In this document: in pieces, positions 23,490-33,217 of the stretch
Numbering within the stretch: position 1 is the stretch's first letter
Layout: every line of letters starts with the position of its first letter
Assembly: GCA_976226885.1 (NCBI GenBank)
Contig: OZ320313.1
Coordinates: forward strand, 121,892,001 to 121,956,000
Origin: Iphione sp. A-MEVVRFRX5
Taxonomy: Eukaryota
DNA length: 64,000 bases
Direction: 5' to 3'
Notes under the pieces: model-generated
Seen by the model: the letters and a program-made list of their open reading frames with translations, nothing else
What the model was told of the DNA's origin: nothing
Database searches by the model: none
Program-made: the position numbers and the translations under genes

Positions 23490-26478
23490 TTAACAGCTCT
23501 CACAAGGGAGCAGACATGCTTAAATTCAGGATGAAGCTTCCCATGTAGGTTATGAGCATAATAAATGCTGTAGATCCTCCTTTGTTTCCGGAAATGGCAT
23601 TTCACAGATATCTCTGACCTTTGCAGGATCAGGTGAGATGCTTTGTTCACTGTAGATATTTGCAAAAAAGGATATCAATCACTTCTTGATGTCGCAATTC
23701 TAAGTGTTAAACACAAGCCCATGCTCTTTGGTGGCATTTATGAGCTTGATCAGATTGGCATTGTGCTATTCCTCAGCAGCACCAAAGACACACACACCAT
23801 CGGCAATGCCTAAGCAGCCATCCAGACCTTCTAGGATTTTGTCCATCCTCTGCTGGAAGATATCTTGGCTGATATTCAATCCAAAGGGCAGTCTCTGGAA
23901 GCAGTATCTCCCAAAGGGTGTGCAGAATGTAGTGAGGAGCTGGCAGCTTTCCTCCAGTGGGACACTCCAGTAGCCAGCTTTTGCATCCAGCTTGCTGAAG
24001 AATTTGGCTCCCACAAAGCAGGTGTTCATCTCCTCTAAGGTAGGCATTTTGTGTGGACACCTCTTGACGGCATTGTTTAAGTGTTTAGGGTCTAGGCAAA
24101 CCCTGATGCTGCCATCTTTTTTTGTGCTGTATACAAGGCTTGAACACCAGTTGGGGTGTTCCTGGACTTTGCTTATGATGCCTGTGTCCACCATTCTAGT
24201 GATCTCAGCCTCAATCTTCAGGAGTAAATTGATGTTGCATTTTCTCGGTCTGTCAAGGTATGGTTCTGCATCTGCTTTCAATAGGATCTTGGCTGGTTCC
24301 TTGAGTTTTCCAATCTTGTCAAGCTAGTTGGGATATATATTGATGAGGTCTGACCTAGATGTAATGGGATTAGTCAGGTTATCCATCTCATAGGCATCGA
24401 CTCTCTCATAGGTGATGGACACAAGATTTAGCTTTTCACAGGTAGGGAGCCTGAGGACTGGCAGTCTGGGTATGTTAGCCACATAGAAGGTGGTCATCAA
24501 CCATGTAGATCTGCCATACTGGCATTTAGTGTCGAGGCTGCCAAGACATCTAATCACATTTCCTAAGTAGGAAGTCAGTCTCATGTCAGTGGGTGTAAAG
24601 ACTTCCTCTAGTTTGACATTTCCATACATCTGCCAAAATGTCCAAAGTGGTAAGGCATTTGCATTGGCACCAGTGTCGAGCTTAACACCCAAGGTGTGCT
24701 GGCCAGATATCCTGGGTATTTGCACATTAAGCAGTCTGTATGCTTTGTCCTGTGTAACAGCATCTAAGTTGGTGAGTACCTAGAATCCTTTGACATATGA
24801 CTCACTAGTATCACTGTCACTATCCAAGGTAAACCTGGTATCTTCAACCATGTGGACCTTTTTCTTGTTGCTGCAGGGCTTACTACTGGCTTTCTGTTCA
24901 GCTTAGATGAGTCAGGCTTTTGGTGGCCCTCAGCCTTAGCCTTCTGACAGAGATCCTTCCAGTGGCCGATTTTACCACAGAAGTGATATTCTGAGTTGTA
25001 TGCAGGATATTGGTGATATTGATGAATGTTGCACTTCCAATATTGATACTTTTATAATCGGTGACAAGGTGCTCTACCTTGCTATACTTATTGCAATATT
25101 CAAGTCTTAAAACATTATTCATTGTCTAGTAATATTTATGTGACATGTATATGTAATTTATAGAGTCAAGAGCATAGCCACATCGTACAATCATGTATAT
25201 GTAATTTAATGTACATCAATATATAACCGACCATACTATTAACTTAGTTTTGACCAGATGACTCATCTCTTATCAGTGTATAAAGATCAGGAGCCAATTA
25301 CTTATGGAAAGTATGTAACATCCTTCAGGAATAAATTATTCAAAAATCACAAATCACATTCTTGGTAGTTATGTACTGTTCCACAGTTCCCACATGGCTT
25401 TTTCTTGGGTCGAATGTCACATCTTATGTGGTCAACTTTTAGGGTTACAAATTTGTTGTGTACCCATGAATGCTGCCTCATGCTGGCAACCCTCTTTGAG
25501 GACTACATCAAACAATAGGTCTCTGTCCTTTCCCAACAGATCCCATCTGAAAGCTTCAAATGGGGTCCTGGCTATAATAATAATCTGGTCCTGAAGTTCC
25601 TTGTTTCTAAACTCACACAGTAAGGCTTGTGTATGGGCCCTGAATACAAACTCATCAAGACTTTCACCTTTTTTTATCAGTATTGCAGTAAAGAAAGCCT
25701 GTGGATGTGGAAATTTAAAGCAACCTTTAGCTGGTCTTCAGAAAACTTTCAGAGCTTGTCTGGGTCTTTACTATTGGTGTCACTTAGGCTGGATGCATTG
25801 AGACACCATAAACCCTCATCAGCTAAACCAATTTTGATTTTGCACGCAATTTTTGTCTTATCAGTAACATCATTATCATCACAGACAAGGGTAATTTTTT
25901 GCTTAAAAAGCCTAAAAGCATCAGCAAGATTTGTGTCATCCCAATTCATGGTAGGGTACTTAGACACCTTTTTGGTATGGTATTATAGGTAGGCTTATTG
26001 GTAGGTAGTACAGAAATTATGGTACAGTGATGTCAGTTATTTCTGTATAAAGCCTATACAGGTAAGTAGAAGTGGCAGTTACTTCAGTATTTAGCCTACA
26101 CAGATATTTGTTATTTTCCCCCTCCTGTGCTAGTATGTGGAATATATGTGATGATGGGGAACAACCGGCGTTATATGGACTGCATGCTCTCACTGGTGTC
26201 ACAAGTAAATTCCTCCTGGCACTGGTATTGTAGGGTCAGTCTGGAGGTGGTAGCAAAACATGCAGCCTACTCACAGTTATGGCCTCCCTATTAGGCATTT
26301 AACTGTAGGGATGAGTACTCACATCCATGCTCCACTGCTATCACCATGAAGTGGTATTGTAGTTATATAGAGAGTGGAGATGAGTGTTTTACTTTGGTAG
26401 CTTTTATTTCATCCTAGGCACATGGCTGGAAACAGGAAGTAGCAGTGAGGTCAAATATCCAGTGAGTAAAACTGAATA

Positions 26479-27220
26479 CAGGGGAACCTTACTTTGCGAC
26501 CATCATGCTTTACGACCAAAATGCCCATTCCGACCATTTTGGGTCGGAACGGAAATATTCTCAATACAAATTCTATATGATAGCATCTTACTTTGTGACC
26601 ATATTGCTTTACGACCAAATTCACCATACGACCACTCATCTTAGGGTCGTTTTTGGTATATTTTAATATCACTTTGCGACCGCCCAGCCTGGAGGGCGTC
26701 AACGGCGACCTCTGTGATGTTCCTCACACCCTTGAGGGGTTGGCCGAGAGTGGTTGAGGGCGTCAACTGCGACCCCTCTGATGTTCCTCACACGTTGGAG
26801 AGGGTGGCAGGAGTGGTCGCGGGTGTCAATGGCAACCTCTCTGATGGTCTCTCACCCTGGAGGAATCGGCTAGAGTGGTCGCGGGTCGTCAACGGCGACC
26901 TCTCTGATGTCCTCTCACCTTGGAGAGGGTATCTCACACCTCTTTTAGTCACTTTTAGTCATCAAATTCAGCACTTTTTGGACTTAAAGTCATCAAATTC
27001 AGCACTTTTTGGACTTTTAGTCATCAAAATCAGCACTTTTTGGACTTAAAGTCATCAAATTTGGCACTTTTTGGACATTTCGAGAGAATCCACATGTAAG
27101 TAGAGAGAGAGAGAGAGGGGGGTAAAATTATTGCTTTGCGACCATTTTCGCTATTGCGAAAACTTTGCGACCACCACTTGGGTCGGCCCCAAATGGTGGT
27201 CGCAAAGTAAGGTTCTCCTG
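26479..27220. mobile_element. TA-flanked MITE (Tc1/mariner-like) in the right LTR, with internal tandem repeats
   Basis: ta|caggggaaccttactttgcgacc ... ggtcgcaaagtaaggttctcctg|ta. Absent from the left LTR. Confidence 0.85.
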
Positions 27221-27272
27221 TAGTTCTAAATTTGTCATAAGGTGGCAGCACTGCATTGGGTGGATATCAGTA

Positions 27273-27777
27273 CACAAAGAAAATCTCAGCCCTATATATT
27301 GGAGCTCATGCTGAAACCACTTGTTCCCCTCTCCTTTATTCCAGCCTTGTGCTGGGATACAGTGAGGTTACTGACCTCTAGTGGGGGGTATGGTAAACAA
27401 CTGTGTAATTACACTGTTGGTATGTGAAAGAAAATAGTTCCACACATGAAGAATAGATCATTTATTTAAATGTCAAGGCTGGAATGAAGACAAAACCATT
27501 ATGGTAAGCTGTGGATGAAGCAAAATACTTGTTCAGGCAGCATTATCAGACTGAACCCTGCCTTCCAGCCTTGTTTGGTATTCATGCTACCTGAACTTGT
27601 ATTTTGCTTCATCCAAGCACACCATACCTGTTTTGTCTAAATACCAATGTCTCAGCTTCATCCAAGCACACCATACCTGTTTTGTCTAAATACCAATGTC
27701 TCACATGAGAAATGTCTAGTGGCCACCTCTACTGCCCTCCACCTCAGACCGGACCCCCTAGGTGGTATATCCTGGTA
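27273..27777 (+). pseudogene. PLE RT relic, piece 2 (includes a ~50-bp tandem duplication at ~27606-27704)
   Basis: KKISAL..LKPLVP; CLNTNVSHEKCLVA (cf. SLYTNIPHEEG). Confidence 0.65.
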
Positions 27778-28953
27778 CAGTTGCCTCTGCCTAAAGCATC
27801 CACCAAAGGGACTGTACAAAAGTGGTCTCCTAAGGCGAATGGTCGCCTAATCCATTGGTTAGGGGGTCAAGCCACAAAAAGATAATGTCTGAAATAATGT
27901 TCTAAAAGTGCTTAATTTGATGGGCAATAGTCCAAAAACGTTCTAAAAGTGCTGAATTTGATAGGGAAATGTCCAAAAAAGTTTTAAAAGTGCTCTTTGC
28001 TAGGTTCACTTGAGGGTTTCCTGTCACCTACAAAGCAGGTGACCGCTGACTTTTAGCACCAGGAACACTCAAACAACATGGGCAACCATCACTTGAGGGT
28101 CTCCTGTGACGTACAAAACAGGCGACTGCTGACTTTTAGTGCCAGAAACACTCAAACAACATGGCCAACCATCAATTGAGGGTCTAGTGTCACCTACAAA
28201 GTGGGAGACCACTGAGCTTTTGTGCTAGAAACACTCCAAAAACATGTGCGACCTGGGCTTGAGGCTCCAGTGTCACCTATTAAGCAGGAGACTGCCGAGG
28301 TCTCTGTCTGGATATGGGTTATCCATTGTTAAGATAAGATAAGATAAGATAACTGTTTATTCGGAATCTTTGAAATACAAAGTTCTTCGTCCGAAATATG
28401 TCGGACAATAAACTGGTTCTGCTAAGACGCGTTGAAATGTCTGTAATGATGCTTGAATACATTTGTCGGCCATAGACTATCACAATTTCGTTAGGATACA
28501 TAAATATTAAATGGTTGTCAGTTAAGGTAGGTATAATACTTAGTTCACATACTGGCCAGCAATAATCAAGTAGATCACAGATACAATGGATACAGGGTAC
28601 AAGAGAATCTTAGGTATTTGTCAACGTTACCCGAATATGCTTGTCAGCCAATCACTATCACAGTTTCCGTTAAGATACGTAGTAAAAGTAGTCTGTTAAG
28701 GTAGATGTAAATACCTGATTTAGTATTACGGCTATAGTGTATAACTCCACATCGTATCATGGGCCCTCATGGCTCGTACCCCTAGCATTATCAATCATCC
28801 ATGGGCTGTCTGTCAACCGTGAATTCACACATTCACACTCCTTGTTGTTATCTGTCTCACAGTCACTCATCATCAACCATACACCTTCATACTCCCCAAT
28901 CATCCATGATACTGTTCTCCCAGATATACCGACTCTACACCCAGAACCAATCA

Positions 28954-31698
28954 TTAACCCTTCGATAGGACCCATCTAGCCCTTGATTGTTCAGGTAACT
29001 CGTTCCACAGCTTAACTGCTTTATATCTGAGTGATCTTGCAAATAGAGACGACTTGGGTTTTGGGAGCGACCCACACCAGCCCAGTCCTTTTCTGGTACG
29101 AGTTTTCTCCTTCACAGGTATCAGTCCAAGATGCATTAGTTGATGGACTAGTAATAGTCCCTTGCTTTCAATAACCTCAGATACCCTCGGCAGACCATTT
29201 CTCCTTTGAAAATCGGTGGGGCTTTGGCGCTGATTACTCATGAGCGCCGCACGAACGCATTTATTTAGGCACACTTGGGCCCTGACAACATCTGATGGAT
29301 TGATTCCGAAAAGGCAACCCGCATGATAGTACAGATGCGTTAACACTAAACTATTGAACATCATCACCCTCACCTTCAGTGGCAGTATGATCTTTGTTCT
29401 CGCGATTCTGATTGCTGATAGCCACATTTTGCTGTTGAGTTTCCTGACTGACTTTTTCATGGTCAACTTTGCGTCAACCCACATGCCCAGCAGTTTCACC
29501 AACGTGACTGATATTAGCTTTTCCCCGTTGATGGACAGATCTAGGTCTATCCCCCGAGCGCGCCCCATGGGCATGTGTACGCACTTGTCTACGCTAATGA
29601 TCAGGCCCAGTGATTGGCACCAGTTCTCGACTGCCTTTAGTGCCGTAATGGCCACGCCCCTCAGCCTTAATAGGTCTCTGGCTCGTACCATCAATGTTGC
29701 GTCGTCCGCGTATAGAACCGATGACACACCATCCGGTAGACATAGTGATAGGCTGTTGATGATCAGTAGAAACCCCAGAGGTCCAAAGACGGACCCCTGG
29801 GGTACGCCGTGATTCACCTGCCTCACCTCTGACCTAGAGCCATGGCACTCAACATACTGCCGCCTGTCATTTAAATAGCTCTGCAGCATTGATGTGAGTT
29901 TTGGCCCTCCACCCACTCTCTCGACTTCGTCAATAACCTTCTTCCTAGGCACTAAATCAAACGCTTTTTTTAGATCTAGTAGTATGAGGCAGACATACTC
30001 GCCCCTGTTCATCGCCTCATGGGAGTCGGTTATCAGCTTACCCACAGCAGTCTGAGTTGAGTGCCTGCTGCGGAAGCCGTGTTGTGTGTGACTAATGACT
30101 CCCCTATCCTCTAAAATCCGTTGCAAGCTTCTACTAAACCATGCCTCACAAATTTTGCCTATCACAGGCAAAATACTAACTGGCCTATAATTTGCAAGGC
30201 AGTTCCTATCACCTTTTTTATACACAGGACAAACTCGAGCGACTTTCCAGCTCCCCGGGTAAATCCCGGTTTGATAAACTTGAGTGAAAAGCCATACCAC
30301 AAAGTCCGCCATGTTCATTAGCACTGGCTTCAGGATCCGTGTAGGCACCCCTTGTATCCCGGACGACTTTCTGACGTCAACTCTCTTAATTAGACTGACG
30401 ACTAATTGCTCTGTTGGTGGCTCAAGCTCGAATGTATTCTCCTTTCCAACTTTTACACCCTTACTGTTTGCGCATGCACCCGGCTCACCTGTCTGTACAA
30501 GGCGCTCCACCTCGTCTATAAACTGGCCATTAAACCTTTCGGCTAAAGATGGAAGACCATCAACTGGGCCAGGGAGCGTGTCCTTCACCTGATCTCTCCC
30601 CATACACTCATCTATGATACCCCATAATTTTTTACAATCTCCACCAGCTTTTGCTACCCTGTTTGTCCAGTATTCCTGTTCTTCTTTCTGCACTACCTGC
30701 TTTAGCTTATTGTTTAAAAACTTAAAAATGTTTCGGCTATCGCTACATCCTGTCTTCTTCCATTTCTTTAAAAAATAGTATCTATCAGCCGCCAGTTCTT
30801 TGGCACCTTCACTCATCTGAAAACCGTCTCTCCTAACTCTTATCTCTATTTTCCTCTCCGGGCACTGGTAGTCTAGCTCATCCCTAACGGCTCCTATTAA
30901 CCCATCCCATGCTTCTACATGTCCCTGACTTGTTATATCCACTGCCGATTTGCCCTTATCTATCACCTCTCCTATATTCACCTCACTCCATTTTCTAACT
31001 ATTACCTCTTTTTTTACTTTGCTAACCTTTCCCTTCTTCAGCACAATACTTACTGGCCAATGGTCGCTGAGCGTCCCTATCCCTATGGTACCACCTAGGT
31101 GTCCACTGAAATTTACCCATATCTGATCATTACAGTGAATCCCTTCTACCATGGTGCTTCCATGAATCACCTGGGCAAGTCCCAACCCACTTAGCATCTG
31201 TGTGAGGCTTCTCCCAGATTTACCCTGGTCCCCGTAGTGGAAATTTAGATCCCCTAGTAGTACAGTATCCGTGTTACCTCTCTCCCCCCATGTGTCCCAT
31301 ACGTATTGAAGATCCCTCATAGAGTTTGCTATTTTATCTGAAGGTGGTCTATAGGTACATATGATCTTCATCGGTTTCCTTTTCCCATACTTTAGTTCCA
31401 CCCCCAAAAACTCACAAAGACCAGCTACTCCCGTTGGGCGGTACTCACTCAATAGAGTTATTCCCTCACGAACATAGATTACTATTCCCCCACCTTTCCT
31501 CTCTGAGCCGCTCGACCTATCGGCCCTAACACTCACATACCCAGTAATCTTAATCTCACCATCCGCATGGCTTCGGTTTAGCCAACTCTCAGAGATGCAC
31601 ATGACATCTACGTGTTCATTTGCCATGTACTCACTCAGCTCGCCTATTTTCTTTCTCAAACTCCTGACGTTATAGTGAGCTACCTTGACCCCCTTCAT
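28954..31698 (-). CDS. APE endonuclease - reverse transcriptase polyprotein (914 aa)
   Basis: APE: NVRSL, SESWL, GGGIVIYV, YRPP, GDLNF, SDH. RT: NYRPVSILP, QHGFR, DLKKAFD, GVPQGSVFGP, YADD. Confidence 0.97.
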   Translation of the reverse strand: MKGVKVAHYNVRSLRKKIGELSEYMANEHVDVMCISESWLNRSHADGEIKITGYVSVRADRSSGSERKGGGIVIYVREGITLLSEYRPTGVAGLCEFLGVELKYGKRKPMKIICTYRPPSDKIANSMRDLQYVWDTWGERGNTDTVLLGDLNFHYGDQGKSGRSLTQMLSGLGLAQVIHGSTMVEGIHCNDQIWVNFSGHLGGTIGIGTLSDHWPVSIVLKKGKVSKVKKEVIVRKWSEVNIGEVIDKGKSAVDITSQGHVEAWDGLIGAVRDELDYQCPERKIEIRVRRDGFQMSEGAKELAADRYYFLKKWKKTGCSDSRNIFKFLNNKLKQVVQKEEQEYWTNRVAKAGGDCKKLWGIIDECMGRDQVKDTLPGPVDGLPSLAERFNGQFIDEVERLVQTGEPGACANSKGVKVGKENTFELEPPTEQLVVSLIKRVDVRKSSGIQGVPTRILKPVLMNMADFVVWLFTQVYQTGIYPGSWKVARVCPVYKKGDRNCLANYRPVSILPVIGKICEAWFSRSLQRILEDRGVISHTQHGFRSRHSTQTAVGKLITDSHEAMNRGEYVCLILLDLKKAFDLVPRKKVIDEVERVGGGPKLTSMLQSYLNDRRQYVECHGSRSEVRQVNHGVPQGSVFGPLGFLLIINSLSLCLPDGVSSVLYADDATLMVRARDLLRLRGVAITALKAVENWCQSLGLIISVDKCVHMPMGRARGIDLDLSINGEKLISVTLVKLLGMWVDAKLTMKKSVRKLNSKMWLSAIRIARTKIILPLKVRVMMFNSLVLTHLYYHAGCLFGINPSDVVRAQVCLNKCVRAALMSNQRQSPTDFQRRNGLPRVSEVIESKGLLLVHQLMHLGLIPVKEKTRTRKGLGWCGSLPKPKSSLFARSLRYKAVKLWNELPEQSRARWVLSKG

Positions 31699-32327
31699 CC
31701 CAAGGATGTTATGCCTAACTAATGTGAGTCAGAAAGTGATACGGTGCCCTCCGTTGTTCTCAGTCACTCACCAACCATCCAGCCAGACAATTCACGATCA
31801 TACGTTCTAGAATAACATTCATAATCAGGTGACAAGCCACACATACTCTGATAACATTCTAACCCGGGATATATGCATATCACTCCACGCTCCTAACAGC
31901 CATTCCTCTTAGATAATAGCTCACATATTTACAACATGAACGTACGTACCCTTATTCTGCGATAAATATACAATCTGACTACGCCAGCTTCTTCTCATTT
32001 CAGATTCACCACGCTTAAATTTCACAAATGTACAACGTAAATGCAATGTATAACATAAACATCCATACGATTATTCTGCTTTACACGATCAAATCGACAG
32101 CATTGATATCTAGAAGGTAACTGTTCCCGGGCTTTCTCCCGCTAGTAAAACTTCTAATAAAACAAGATGCGATTATCTAAACGTCTGATGGAATCGGTAA
32201 ATATCAACGCAAACACTCAATCTTGTTTAAGATACCATACTGGTCTGGCGATGTTCATTCTACACTAGAAATAGTGTCTTTGAATTAGACCAGGCCAGTA
32301 TAACACCACCCAATCAGGTCTGATACC

Positions 32328-33011
32328 TTAGTGCCCGTGCTTCCTCATGTACTCTCGTAGTGACTCACATAAGATGTGTGTCCAATCGGAAAGGGCCAGT
32401 CTCGTCGGAGTGACCCCATCGTCCTCAAGGTACATGTCCTCAATATGGAGACCACCGTTTCTCATACTGCAGATTGGATGGTCCAGGTAGCATGGCACCA
32501 TGCCTAGCTCACGCGCCGTTGCTTCTGCGAACAAGTTATGAGTATTGATGTAAGCATTGAGGCGCAGCTGTTCCACCTCAAAGTCGCAGTCCGGTTCCGC
32601 ACGCTCCATTTGCGCGGACGCCAAGTTGGCAAGTAGCACCCTTGGACCTACGTCGTTTGGACGACAGATGTTCTTCACCAGTTGTAGATAGTAGTTCATG
32701 TGGAGTGCGAACGAGCGCGGCGATTTCGGCGTCAGCGTCCAATGGCCCTTCTCCAGCTTCATCACCGCATAGATGCCCATGACCACAATCACTAGGTCAT
32801 AGGCCGATACGTCCTTGAACAATCGCTTTTTGGCCAGGCGTCGATACGACATATGCCTGACTTGTACTCCGTGGATTGTCATCCTCGGTAGGTGTTCAAG
32901 ACCGATCCGCCTTACTGCTCTGGCTGCTCTGTAGTCGTATACGATGAGCACCTTCACGTCACGGCCCATCCGTGCGTGTCTGTTCGTCTTGATGACTACC
33001 TCTGTTGTCAA
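32328..33011 (-). CDS. SGNH/GDSL-hydrolase-like protein (the ORF-track start is TTG; first ATG is at aa 15; probable spliced exon starting at 33001)
   Basis: Block-I-like KVLIVYDYR, block-III-like YDLVIVVMGI, RVLLANL, block-V-like LEDDGVTPT..W. A homolog is conserved in the relic at 900-1451. Confidence 0.7.
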   Translation of the reverse strand: MTTEVVIKTNRHARMGRDVKVLIVYDYRAARAVRRIGLEHLPRMTIHGVQVRHMSYRRLAKKRLFKDVSAYDLVIVVMGIYAVMKLEKGHWTLTPKSPRSFALHMNYYLQLVKNICRPNDVGPRVLLANLASAQMERAEPDCDFEVEQLRLNAYINTHNLFAEATARELGMVPCYLDHPICSMRNGGLHIEDMYLEDDGVTPTRLALSDWTHILCESLREYMRKHGH

Positions 33012-33217
33012 AGAGAAAACACAGTTCTCAGAAGCAGTCCGAGGCGGCTACATATTTCTGCCTTCATATCAATAAAACACCCACTGAGGATCGTAACGCT
33101 AGCTAAGTGCTTGTGACAGACCCTCATAAGATAGTAACAAGAACAATAGCAATCTGTACAAGTGCAAAACCATCATATTATCACACAATAAAAATATTTC
33201 ACTCGTACATGATCAAG

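Larger units (their letters stand above)
20583..27272 (-). mobile_element. Old Ty3/Gypsy (K02A2.6-like) LTR element inserted in the PLE relic
   Basis: Direct repeats ~20586-21184 and ~26347-27270 (LTRs, each carrying a different MITE). PBS TGGTGATAGCAGTGGA at 26331-26346 resembles a CpG-decayed tRNA-Leu PBS. gag 25749-25967; protease KLDTGA; RT SKLDAKAGYW; RNase H TDHKPL; integrase SDNGPQF. CACA flanks restore the PLE frame GSPT-KKIS. Confidence 0.8.
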
